DNA of 64,000 nt from NCBI GenBank assembly GCA_027078545.1, contig JALWXN010000004.1, forward strand, positions 992,001 to 1,056,000. Direction: 5' to 3'. Of this stretch, positions 39,770 through 49,300 are shown one piece after another. Source of the stretch: Nitrososphaeria archaeon (GTDB lineage: Archaea; Thermoproteota; Nitrososphaeria; Geothermarchaeales; JDFR-13). Within the stretch, counting starts at the first letter, position 1. Every line of letters begins with the position of its first letter. Below the pieces are notes generated by a model. That model was not told where the DNA came from. It saw only the letters and a list, made by a program, of their open reading frames with translations, and did no database searches. Position numbers and translations under genes: made by a program.

Positions 39770-40570
39770 ATGATGAGGACGACGAAGTACCTCCCAATGC
39801 TCGACAACGAGAGGACGAAAGACATAATCATCAAGGAGCTAAGGAGCTTCTTCGAGGAGGCTGGGCTGGAGAAGGCGGTCCTAGGCCTCAGCGGAGGCGT
39901 GGACAGCAGCACGACACTCATGCTGGTCAAGGAGGCTATAGGCCCTGACAACACCCATGTATACCTACTACCCAGTAGGACAACCTCACAGGAGAGCATA
40001 GCAAACGCATTGAGAATGGTTAAGGTGGCTGGGATACCGGAGGAGAACTATAGGATAATCAATATCGAGCCGATACTCAAAACCTACACCTCCGCACTAG
40101 GCATAACAGACAAGGTGGTGAGGGGCAACACAGCCGCCAGGACGAGGATGACGATCCTATATGCAGAGGCGAAGAGGCTGGGAGCCGCAGTAATAGGCAC
40201 CGGTGATAGGAGCGAGTGGCTAATAGGATACTTCACAAAGTACGGCGACGGAGCAGCCGACATCTTCCCAATAATGGATATCTACAAGACACAGCTCAGG
40301 AGATTCGCAGAGTACCTAGGAGTACCCCCAGAGATAGCGTATAGGCCTAGCACACCCGAGTTATGGGAGGGCCAGACCGCTGAGGGGGAGCTAGGCCTAA
40401 GCTACGAGACGATCGACGACATCCTATACCTAATCTTCGACCAGGGCCTGACCAGGGACGAAGTGGTGGAGAAGGGCTTCAACGAGAGGGAGGTAGACCT
40501 AGTCCTAGAGCTACACAGGAGATCCGAACACAAGAGGAGGATGCCAAAAATAATTAGTGTGAGGGGCTAG
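39770..40570 (+). CDS. nadE: NH3-dependent NAD+ synthetase
   Basis: GLSGGVDS, ARTRM, GYFTKYGDG, SEHKR. Confidence 0.95.
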   Translation: MMRTTKYLPMLDNERTKDIIIKELRSFFEEAGLEKAVLGLSGGVDSSTTLMLVKEAIGPDNTHVYLLPSRTTSQESIANALRMVKVAGIPEENYRIINIEPILKTYTSALGITDKVVRGNTAARTRMTILYAEAKRLGAAVIGTGDRSEWLIGYFTKYGDGAADIFPIMDIYKTQLRRFAEYLGVPPEIAYRPSTPELWEGQTAEGELGLSYETIDDILYLIFDQGLTRDEVVEKGFNEREVDLVLELHRRSEHKRRMPKIISVRG

Positions 40571-41673
40571 GCCCCCTTCCCAGATGGCTGGGCGTACTCC
40601 TTAACCTCCTTTATCCACTTGACGTTATACTCAGGGTTCTCCAGCGTCCTGTTAATAGTTATCTCGGCTATCGAGTCCACGCTATCGGCGATCATCTGTA
40701 TATAGCTTATCATGAGCCTGAAGGAGCTGAGCAGATCCACATCATCCCTGATCGTGTTTATGAACCAACGGTCGACATCCTTAACATCCTCCCTGAACAT
40801 CCCAATCTTATTCAGGATCTCATTGGCCCTGACGATATTCAGCTCTATCAAGGCCTGCATAGAGTCGCCCACCATCATGTTGATATAGTCCAGGAGGTAG
40901 AGGATCTTATTCACAGCCTCGGGATACTTATGGAGATCCTGGAAGTCCAGCTTCCTCACAACCATGCTGAAGTCATGGATCCTATCAGCAATCTCCTCAA
41001 GGCTCTTCACGATCGCCCTATTACCCACGATGTGGTATGGATGCTCGACACCAACCTCTTTAGCCAGCCTCCAACTCTTCTGGCTCAGGAGGAGCTGCCT
41101 AACAGTGAGCCAGTAAACCCTGTCAGCCTCATCCTCCATCTTATCAACCTGCTCAATGACCGAGGGGTCACCCTCCTTTATATAAACCTCGATAGCCTCC
41201 AGCATTGAGAAGATCAGTGTATAGATCCTCCTGATCAGGCCGTTGAGCTTAAACTTTGTGGAGTCTATCAGGCACTGGACAGTGATCTTGTTAAGGCTCT
41301 GATCAACAATCTGTACACCGCTCAGCCTATTAATAGCGCTCTGAATCTCATCTATAACCCAGTTGGGCAGCCTCTGCCCATTGATATAGAACGTTATATT
41401 GTCGTGGCCCACTAGGTAGCTCCCAATCAGGATCCTCTTCACGAGACCCTTAGAAGTGATCTTAGAGACATCTACCTGGTAGCTCTCCCCAATACCTGTA
41501 TCCCCAACGTCGTTATACGGGATTATCCTGAGGGAGCCGTCATCCTCGATCCTGATGATGACGTTATCCCCCTTCTTAATCCCCTTATCCCTAACCCATG
41601 ACCTTGGGAGCGAGACCACGATAGTGCTATAGCCCAGCTTCTGGACCTTCCTGATCTCCATGTGCCCGCTCAT
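40567..41673 (-). CDS. phoU: AbrB-PhoU phosphate uptake regulator (archaeal)
   Basis: RKVQKLGYST.VVSLP.SW AbrB domain; EDEADR and LEEIAD PhoU repeats. Confidence 0.85.
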   Translation of the reverse strand: MSGHMEIRKVQKLGYSTIVVSLPRSWVRDKGIKKGDNVIIRIEDDGSLRIIPYNDVGDTGIGESYQVDVSKITSKGLVKRILIGSYLVGHDNITFYINGQRLPNWVIDEIQSAINRLSGVQIVDQSLNKITVQCLIDSTKFKLNGLIRRIYTLIFSMLEAIEVYIKEGDPSVIEQVDKMEDEADRVYWLTVRQLLLSQKSWRLAKEVGVEHPYHIVGNRAIVKSLEEIADRIHDFSMVVRKLDFQDLHKYPEAVNKILYLLDYINMMVGDSMQALIELNIVRANEILNKIGMFREDVKDVDRWFINTIRDDVDLLSSFRLMISYIQMIADSVDSIAEITINRTLENPEYNVKWIKEVKEYAQPSGKGA

Positions 41674-41885
41674 TTCATATACCTAATCTACCCATGTATA
41701 TATAAAATTTACACCCCACATCGAAGTATTAAGGGGCTCCCCCCGAGTTTATACGATTAAGTGGATAGGCCAACAACATATACTGGGAGGAGGTGATTAG
41801 GGGGAGGGTTTCTATAAAGATTATATACGGATACCCCCCTATAGTATTTAAACTTGGAGCCGGAACGCATATGGGTGAATAGGAG

Positions 41886-43427
41886 ATGGATAAGTATCTC
41901 ATACTCCCCGACCTCGTGAAGAGGGGATACCTATTCAAGGCCCTCGAGAAGGGGGATCTAAAGGGTGAGCTACTCATCCCCTGGAGGGCCATGAACAAGC
42001 TGATATCAGAGGAGCAGAACGAGTTCTACAGGGAGAAGAATATCCGTGAGCTGGAGAGGGTTAAGAGGCTTGCCGACGAGGGTAGGATAAAGATCAGGTA
42101 TATAGATGACGAGGTGGGGAACGACCTGGAGGCTATACACAGCGTCAGCGACAAATATGAAGCGGTGGTCGCCACGTCGGACGACATCATATATAGGGGG
42201 CTGAGGGTGATAAACACCCCGGCCATACTCATAAGCTACGACACCCTAGAGACACCCAGTATAGAGAAGTTCTTCGACGAGCACACCATGTCGATCCATC
42301 TAAAGGAGGGTGTCGAGCCCCACGCAAAGAAGGGATATCCAGGCGAGTGGAGATATGAGAAGATAGGGGATAAGCCCCTCACAAGGGAGGAGATAATCGA
42401 CCTCATCGACGAGATAATGGACTTCGTCGAGGAGGATGAGGAGAGCTTTATTGAGAGCGACTCTAGAGGCGTAACCATCATACAGATGCGTAACTACAGG
42501 ATAGTGATAGCCAGGCCACCCTTCAGCGACGGCTACGAGCTCACAGCCGTGAGACCGGTCAAGAGCCTAAAGCTAGAGGACTACAACCTACCCAGGGAGC
42601 TTATCAAGAGGCTTACAGAGAGGGCCGAGGGCATACTCATATCAGGCGCGCCCGGCGAGGGTAAGACGACCTTCTGCCAGGCACTGGCGGAGTACTATAT
42701 CAGCATGGGCAAGGTGGTAAAGACTATCGAGAGCCCTAGGGACCTCAACCTACCCCCCAACGCCAGCCAGTACAGCAAGTCCTACGGCGATGAGCAGACG
42801 ATACACGACATACTCCTCCTCTCCAGGCCCGACTACACAATATTCGACGAGATGAGGAATACGGAGGACTTCAAGCTATATATAGACCTCAGGCTGGCAG
42901 GCGTAGGAATGGTCGGAGTTGTACATGCGACGAAGCCTATAGACGCCGTCCAGAGATTCGTAGACAGGCTGGAGCTGGGCATGATACCCAGCGTGATAGA
43001 CACAGTGATCTACATCAAGGGCGGTAAGGTAGCCAAGGTCTACGAGATCTCCATGGCGGCCAAGGTTCCACACGGACTCTCAGGCGAGGAACTGGCCAGG
43101 CCGGTAGTCGAGGTCAGAGACTTCTTCACCAAGAAGATCGAGTATGAGTTCTACATATTCGGGAAACGCGTATTCGTCATACCAGTCGGGAAGGAGCACC
43201 TATACACCGAGGAGGGAGGCTACACCATCGAGGATGAAATCAAACGTGACTTGGGAGACCTAGGCGAGGATATCGAGGTCAAGGTCCTGAATAACAGGGA
43301 GGTGGTGATCTACGTACCACCATGGAACTACAGGGGTATAAAGCGTGCCCTCAGGAGGAAGAGCAAGCTGATAAAGAAGAAGTATGGGTTGAAGGTTAGT
43401 ATAGAGCCCGTGATCGGCTACGAGTAG
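41886..43427 (+). CDS. PIN-ATPase-KH protein (PINA, Holliday junction branch-migration ATPase family)
   Basis: TMSIHLKEG, GAPGEGKT, ESPRDL, RPDYTIFDEMR, DLRLAGVGMVGVVHA. Confidence 0.88.
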   Translation: MDKYLILPDLVKRGYLFKALEKGDLKGELLIPWRAMNKLISEEQNEFYREKNIRELERVKRLADEGRIKIRYIDDEVGNDLEAIHSVSDKYEAVVATSDDIIYRGLRVINTPAILISYDTLETPSIEKFFDEHTMSIHLKEGVEPHAKKGYPGEWRYEKIGDKPLTREEIIDLIDEIMDFVEEDEESFIESDSRGVTIIQMRNYRIVIARPPFSDGYELTAVRPVKSLKLEDYNLPRELIKRLTERAEGILISGAPGEGKTTFCQALAEYYISMGKVVKTIESPRDLNLPPNASQYSKSYGDEQTIHDILLLSRPDYTIFDEMRNTEDFKLYIDLRLAGVGMVGVVHATKPIDAVQRFVDRLELGMIPSVIDTVIYIKGGKVAKVYEISMAAKVPHGLSGEELARPVVEVRDFFTKKIEYEFYIFGKRVFVIPVGKEHLYTEEGGYTIEDEIKRDLGDLGEDIEVKVLNNREVVIYVPPWNYRGIKRALRRKSKLIKKKYGLKVSIEPVIGYE

Positions 43428-43436
43428 GGCTACCCA

Positions 43437-44309
43437 CTACTTATACTTGTCCAGGATCTCCCTTACGTCCCTAGCCTCCCTAGGCCTCAGTGCAGGTGGA
43501 TCGTTCACCAGGCCGAACTCCACCTCCAACGCCTTCTGCGAAGTATCCCTGTAGAAGATACCGATGGGGAACTTGTCACCATCCACATAGGCCATCTTAT
43601 AAGCCATAGTTATATCGCTGGGGTCATAGTTCGGATCCTTCTGGAGGTCATACTCCCTCTTCTTATAGTAGGTTATGAATGGCTCACCGAAGATCACGGG
43701 GTTATAGGTGATGCAGTACTGGATAATATCTACGAAGGCGAAGCCATAGCCCTCCTGGACATGCTTGATAGCCTCCTTGATAACATACTCCATGTGGTTA
43801 GGGTTACCAGTCCATGTCCTAGCCACGAAGGTAGCGCCAGCGGATAATGCCACCGGGATCGGCTGGAAAGGCCTGTAGATATTACCCCTGAAGCCCTTGG
43901 GAGCCGTCGGGGAGGGCTGCCCAGTGGTGAGGCCGAAGACACCGTTGTTCTGGGCAAGGTGTACAATACCTATGTTAGACCTAGGTACGTTGGCGAAGTG
44001 CCCAGCACCTATACCGAAGGTATCCCCATCACCACCTATACTGATCACCGTTAGGTCGGGCCTAGCAATCTTGAGCCCCATAGCTATTGGGAGGGCCCTC
44101 CCATGGATGGTGTGGAATCCGTTGACCCTGATATAGTGTGGAAGCTTACTCCCACAGCCGATACCACTGACTACCACTACCTCGTGGGGCGGGAGACCCA
44201 TCGTGGCGAAGACCTTCTTCAACACGTTCAGTATCGTGAAGTCTCCACAGCCTGGGCACCAGGTAGGCTTCTTATAGTCATAGTCCCGGATGGTATACTT
44301 CGTACTCAT
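43437..44309 (-). CDS. korB: 2-oxoacid:ferredoxin oxidoreductase beta subunit
   Basis: WCPGCG, SGIGC, HGRA, GGDGD TPP motif, GQPSPT. Confidence 0.93.
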   Translation of the reverse strand: MSTKYTIRDYDYKKPTWCPGCGDFTILNVLKKVFATMGLPPHEVVVVSGIGCGSKLPHYIRVNGFHTIHGRALPIAMGLKIARPDLTVISIGGDGDTFGIGAGHFANVPRSNIGIVHLAQNNGVFGLTTGQPSPTAPKGFRGNIYRPFQPIPVALSAGATFVARTWTGNPNHMEYVIKEAIKHVQEGYGFAFVDIIQYCITYNPVIFGEPFITYYKKREYDLQKDPNYDPSDITMAYKMAYVDGDKFPIGIFYRDTSQKALEVEFGLVNDPPALRPREARDVREILDKYK

Positions 44310-46147
44310 CCTACCACCCTCACCTCCTTCAGGAGTGATATAAACCTGTCATACAGATATTCCAGGCTGAAGGGCCTACCATCATACTTCCTGATACTTT
44401 GATCCATCTCGATCAGGGCGTTCTCCCTGATAAGCCCCTCCATAAGCCCGTCGAAATTATTCTCAACAATCACCTTGAGCTTCGCACCCTCCAATGCACT
44501 CTTCACAGCCTCTGTGGGGAAGGGATAGGCAAACCTTATCTGTACAAACTTGGCGTTCACACCGTCCTCGGATAGGAGCTCCAGCAGGTCAAGGATCACA
44601 CCCTTGGTGCTCCCCCACCCAACTATGGCTATCTCGGCATCGGGCTCGCCATACACCTTGACCGGCATGTAGTAGTTGAACCTCTCCTCCAACTCCCTCT
44701 TAAACGTCTCGATCTTCCTATACCTCTTATCCATCTGGACAACCCTCTCATCAGCCCTCTCAGTGATGTCTCCATACTCGTTGTGCTCATTACCAGTCGA
44801 CCAGATAACCAGGTCCTCAGTACCGAGGTCCATGAGGGGGCTTATACCATCCTCGGTGACCTTGAACCTCTTATAGTTGTCACCAGCCTCCCTAATACTC
44901 TTCAACTCATCCTCCGAGACCCACTTTGCATCCTCATAGACATACATATCCTGGTCGGGATATGGGAAGGTGTAGAAGCTCTCGGCAATATGCTTGTCAT
45001 AGTTGACTATGACGGGCATCTGATACTTCCAGGCAATGTTGAAGGCGTTCGCCACATCGAAGAATACCTCGTAGGGATCACCCGGCAGTATAACCGCCTT
45101 TGGATAGTATCCCTGGCTAGCGTGTAGCACCTGCCTAAGATCACCCTGCTCCTGCCTAGTTGGTAGACCCGTACTAGGCCCCGGCCTACTAGCAACTATA
45201 ACGACTATAGGTACTTCGGCTATCCCGGCCAGGCCCAGGGCCTCAGTCATAAGTGCGAAACCACCGCCAGATGTGGCGACACCAGCCCGGGCACCGGCGA
45301 AGGCCGCGCCGATAGCTATGTTGATCACCGCCAACTCACTCTCGGGCTGGACGAGGAATATCCCATACTTATCCTTCACCTCCTCAAGGTAGCGGTATAT
45401 CCTGCTGGCCGGGGTCATGGGATACTGTGCCCACACCCTAAGCCCAGCCCTCACAGCACCGGCAGCGGCCATATGGTTACCCGTGGCTATCAGGGTCTCC
45501 TCCTTAGTAGGTGGAGGGTCAAGTATGATCCTACGGCCGTCGCGGAAATTCTCCATGGCATACCTGTAGCCCAGGTCATGGAGCTTAACATTAGCCTCGG
45601 CGACGGCCTCCTTCTTGGCGAACCTCTCCCTAATCACGGACTCGACCAGATCCTTGTCCAGGCCGAGGACATAGGTAGATACGCCGAATCCAACCATATT
45701 CCTAACAACTAGGTTTACCTTACCACCAGCGGCGGCCTCCCTAACAATCCTCGTCATGGGGACGTCATACACATATATCCCACGCGACTCAAGCTCCTCG
45801 AAGACCTCGTCCTCAACCCTACTCGACTCCCGGTCAAATATGACTACACTCCCCTCATGCAGCTCATGTACATGACCATCGCTATGCTCTCCACCATCCC
45901 CTACAAGGCTAGGGTCGTCGAGGGCTAGGAGGACATCCACATAGTCGACGTGGCTATTCAGGGGCCTAGTGTCATACCTCACCCTGTAGTAGCTATGCCC
46001 ACCCCTGATCAGGCTCTCATACTCGATATTAGCGAAGACGTAGAACCCCTCCCTGACAAGCGCCTTGGAGAGAAGCTCCGCAACCGTATTGATACCGAGG
46101 CCCGCCGCACCACCAATCATCCAGCTGATGCCTCTAAACCGTCTCAT
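44306..46147 (-). CDS. korA: 2-oxoacid:ferredoxin oxidoreductase alpha (gamma-alpha fusion) subunit
   Basis: GGAAGLG, IRGGH, YPMTPAS, ESE, TSGGG, RPGPSTGLPT; start uncertain (46147-46186). Confidence 0.93.
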   Translation of the reverse strand: MRRFRGISWMIGGAAGLGINTVAELLSKALVREGFYVFANIEYESLIRGGHSYYRVRYDTRPLNSHVDYVDVLLALDDPSLVGDGGEHSDGHVHELHEGSVVIFDRESSRVEDEVFEELESRGIYVYDVPMTRIVREAAAGGKVNLVVRNMVGFGVSTYVLGLDKDLVESVIRERFAKKEAVAEANVKLHDLGYRYAMENFRDGRRIILDPPPTKEETLIATGNHMAAAGAVRAGLRVWAQYPMTPASRIYRYLEEVKDKYGIFLVQPESELAVINIAIGAAFAGARAGVATSGGGFALMTEALGLAGIAEVPIVVIVASRPGPSTGLPTRQEQGDLRQVLHASQGYYPKAVILPGDPYEVFFDVANAFNIAWKYQMPVIVNYDKHIAESFYTFPYPDQDMYVYEDAKWVSEDELKSIREAGDNYKRFKVTEDGISPLMDLGTEDLVIWSTGNEHNEYGDITERADERVVQMDKRYRKIETFKRELEERFNYYMPVKVYGEPDAEIAIVGWGSTKGVILDLLELLSEDGVNAKFVQIRFAYPFPTEAVKSALEGAKLKVIVENNFDGLMEGLIRENALIEMDQSIRKYDGRPFSLEYLYDRFISLLKEVRVVG

Positions 46148-46255
46148 CCCCACCATCCCATCACAACATTTGAGACCCTGTTTCAATGATAAACACTACG
46201 TTAAAAACCCATATAGCAATATATATACCCCCGCAGAGTATATACCCCCGGCTTA

Positions 46256-47590
46256 TCACCTAGAGATCTCCCTAAACACCTCCTCCATAATGTCTAGAGC
46301 CTCCTCAGCAGCCTCCTGGGTAATGTTGAGCGGAGGGGCTATCCTCAGCGTCGATACCCCAGCCCCAATCAGGAGGAGCCCCCTCCTAAACGACTCCTCC
46401 ATAACCCTCTCCATAAGCTTAGGAGCAGGCTCCTTAGACTCCCTATCCCTGACGAGCTCCACACCAATCATCAGTCCCCTCCCACGGACATCACCAATGA
46501 AGCTATACCGATCCATCATCTCCACAAGCCTCCTCTTGATATACTCACCAACTTTCGCTGCGTTCTCAATATACTTCCCAAGTAGGAGACGCAGCGTCGC
46601 CTTGGCAGCGGCTAGGGCTACCGGGTTCCCTCCAAAGGTGTTTGCATGGCTACCCGGGGGTAGATTCATAACCTCCTCCCTACCTAGGAGGACGCCGAGT
46701 GGGAGGCCACTCGCGATACCCTTGGCACTAGCCACTAGGTCGGGCTCCACCCCATGATGCATATATGCGAATAGCTTGCCAGTCCTCCCAAACCCGCTCT
46801 GAACCTCGTCCAGCATGAGGAGAGCGCCATACCTCTCCATAAGCCTCTTAAGTCCACGTAGGAAGTCGGGGGGAGCCTCTACATATCCACCCTCACCAGA
46901 GATCGGCTCTATAACCGCAGCTGCGAGCTCCTCACCGGGGAGGTACTTGTTCAAGACCCACTCCTCAATATAGTCTAGACAGGCCAGTCCACAGGATGGA
47001 TACTCCTGCTTGAAGGGGCATCGGTAGCAGTAGGGATACGGCACATGGACAGCCCCGGGCACCATTGGGTAGAAGAACCTCCTCTGTACAGGCTTACTAG
47101 CTGTTAGGGATAGGCTCCCAAGAGTCCTGCCGTGGAACCCGCCTATGAAGGCTAGGAAGTAGTGTCTAGCCCCCCTATGGAAGCCCTTAGCAACCTTCAT
47201 ACCAGCCTCAATACTCTCGGTACCACTATTCGTGTAGAAGACCCTACCCCTCATCCCCACAGCCCTCAGGAGCTCCTCGGCATACTCCACAGCCAGCTCA
47301 TAGTAGAAGTCCGTCAGGCTATAGTGTAGAAACCTATCCAGCTGAGCCTTGATAGCCTCCACAACCTCGGGATGCCTATGCCCAGTGGAGAGGACAGCCA
47401 AGCCAGCGTTGAAGTCTATATACCTATTCCCATCCACATCCTCAACTATGAATCCCTCCCCCCGCCTAATCACGAGGGGGAACCACCTCACATAGGACTG
47501 CATAAGGACTTTGGAGTCCCGCTCGATCACCTCCCTAGCACGTGGGCCGGGAGGTGGAACCTTCACCTCGGCGTATCGTCTCCGCCTCAT
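46256..47590 (-). CDS. Class III aminotransferase (ornithine/4-aminobutyrate type)
   Basis: PPGPRA, DVDGNRYIDF, NSGTE, FHGRT, DEVQSGFGRTG, AKG, NTFGGN. Confidence 0.92.
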   Translation of the reverse strand: MRRRRYAEVKVPPPGPRAREVIERDSKVLMQSYVRWFPLVIRRGEGFIVEDVDGNRYIDFNAGLAVLSTGHRHPEVVEAIKAQLDRFLHYSLTDFYYELAVEYAEELLRAVGMRGRVFYTNSGTESIEAGMKVAKGFHRGARHYFLAFIGGFHGRTLGSLSLTASKPVQRRFFYPMVPGAVHVPYPYCYRCPFKQEYPSCGLACLDYIEEWVLNKYLPGEELAAAVIEPISGEGGYVEAPPDFLRGLKRLMERYGALLMLDEVQSGFGRTGKLFAYMHHGVEPDLVASAKGIASGLPLGVLLGREEVMNLPPGSHANTFGGNPVALAAAKATLRLLLGKYIENAAKVGEYIKRRLVEMMDRYSFIGDVRGRGLMIGVELVRDRESKEPAPKLMERVMEESFRRGLLLIGAGVSTLRIAPPLNITQEAAEEALDIMEEVFREISR

Positions 47591-47613
47591 GGGATATAAT
47601 TAATGAGAAAACC

Positions 47614-47627
47614 CGTGTTATAACACG
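47614..47627. promoter_or_regulatory. Perfect 14-bp palindrome in a divergent promoter; candidate operator
   Basis: CGTGTTATAACACG about 25-30 nt from both divergent start codons. Confidence 0.45.
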
Positions 47628-47657
47628 CCGGACAATACTCAATATTTAGGCCCCGGG

Positions 47658-48611
47658 GTGCTGTGGATGGGGATGGAGGACTACTATGACCAATGGGGTG
47701 GGAACCTCCTCAGTGGCTACGAGGCGGCTAGGGAGATGTGCATAGATAGGGCCCTTATAGTCGGGATGGGCGGCTCGGGAATAGTGGGCCATATAGCTAG
47801 GGACGTGGTTAACTCCCTAGACCTAGAGATAGAGATCGAGGTGGAGAATACACCCTATATAACTCGATGGAGAGCAACTTGTAAAACCCTCATACTCATA
47901 AGCCACAGTGGAAACACTATAGAGACACTGGAGGCGGCTGAGAAACTAAGCGGGGAGGCTCTCGAGACAGTGGTCATATCAACCGGTGGCAAACTACTTG
48001 GAATGGCTGAGGATAAGGGCTGGATAGGGATCAAGGTGGATCCAGCCCCACTCCCTAGGCTTGGACTGCCACAGATGCTGGGAGCTCTACTGAAGCTCCT
48101 AGGTCTGCATGAAAAGAGAGTCAGGGAGGCGTCTCAACAACTATCCGAAGAGTTAAAAGACATAAGGTCCAAGGCCAAGAAACTTGCTGATTGGCTATCC
48201 AAGAAGGATGTGATCTACGTGGCGTATCCTCTACACCTATCATCTGTAGGCCTTAGGATGTGGCAGATGATGGCTGAGAACGCTAAGAAGGGGGTCTACC
48301 TAGCCCCATACCCAGAGGCTAGCCACAACATCATCGAGGCGATGATAAAGAGCAAAGGGGGCGGGGGAGTATACCTAATATCTACGGGGGACAAATACGG
48401 CGAGACACTGGGAAAGATCCTTGGGAAGGAGGGTATAGACCTATTTAAGGCCGATATAGACCCATCTACAAATATCCTCGGAGGGGTTTTAAAGACCATA
48501 GCGGAGCAGGATCTGGCAACCATATTCTACGCCAGGAATAGGGGGGCAGATCCCGAGAAGACACCATATATAGAGAGGTTCAAGGAGTTGATCCGGGAGT
48601 GGCGGGGCTAG
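47658..48611 (+). CDS. Bifunctional phosphoglucose/phosphomannose isomerase (SIS)
   Basis: GMGGSG, SHSGNT.ET, STGG.L, PR, ENAK, PEASHN. Confidence 0.85.
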   Translation: MLWMGMEDYYDQWGGNLLSGYEAAREMCIDRALIVGMGGSGIVGHIARDVVNSLDLEIEIEVENTPYITRWRATCKTLILISHSGNTIETLEAAEKLSGEALETVVISTGGKLLGMAEDKGWIGIKVDPAPLPRLGLPQMLGALLKLLGLHEKRVREASQQLSEELKDIRSKAKKLADWLSKKDVIYVAYPLHLSSVGLRMWQMMAENAKKGVYLAPYPEASHNIIEAMIKSKGGGGVYLISTGDKYGETLGKILGKEGIDLFKADIDPSTNILGGVLKTIAEQDLATIFYARNRGADPEKTPYIERFKELIREWRG

Positions 48612-49300
48612 ACGAGATACAGGTAGTCGTTATAGACATAGACGGAACCATAACAGATGAGCTGGGAAGGATAAGCCTAGAGGCTGTCGAGAAGATTAGG
48701 GAGCTTGAGATGAGGGGCTACATGACCCTACTAGCCAGTGGGAACGCCCTACCAGTAGTGAAAGGCCTGGCCCACTACCTAGGCTCCACAGGGCCAGCCA
48801 TAGGGGAGGCGGGATGCGTCTTCGAATATATGGGCGACATCTACGTGCTTGGAGACCCGGACAGGACTATGGAGGCCCTTGAGAGGCTTAGGAGGAGGTT
48901 CGGCCCCCGCCTCAAGGAGAGCTGGTCAAACATATACCGCCATGTAGACAAGGCCATAAAGCCCACGATACCCCGTGAGAAGCTGGAGGCAGTTATCAAG
49001 GATATGGAGGACATCGTAATCCTGGACAGCAAGTTCGCCTACCACATCCACCCCAAGGACGTGGATAAGCTCAACGCCCTAGACGCGATATCCCACCTGA
49101 TAAACCTCCCACTAGAATACTTCGCAGCCATAGGGGATAGCGAGCTCGACATAAGGATGCTCAAGGAGGTCGGCTACGGAGTAGCCGTCGCAAACGCCGA
49201 TGAAAAGGTGAAGGAGGCGGCTGACCACGTGACCAAGGAGCCGCTATACAGGGGATTCCTAGAGTTCGTCGATATGCTCCTCGGGGGTGGAGAGGGCTGA
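48599..49300 (+). CDS. Phosphoglycolate phosphatase (archaeal HAD, TA0175 type)
   Basis: DIDGTIT, ASGN, K, GDSELD, AVANA. Confidence 0.88.
   Translation: MAGLDEIQVVVIDIDGTITDELGRISLEAVEKIRELEMRGYMTLLASGNALPVVKGLAHYLGSTGPAIGEAGCVFEYMGDIYVLGDPDRTMEALERLRRRFGPRLKESWSNIYRHVDKAIKPTIPREKLEAVIKDMEDIVILDSKFAYHIHPKDVDKLNALDAISHLINLPLEYFAAIGDSELDIRMLKEVGYGVAVANADEKVKEAADHVTKEPLYRGFLEFVDMLLGGGEG

Noticed and set aside
41674-41885. Longest intergenic gap, with an SD-like GGAGGTGA and an imperfect GGGGG/CCCCC inverted repeat
   Set aside because: No credible ORF, K-turn or ACA architecture; consistent with two divergent promoters
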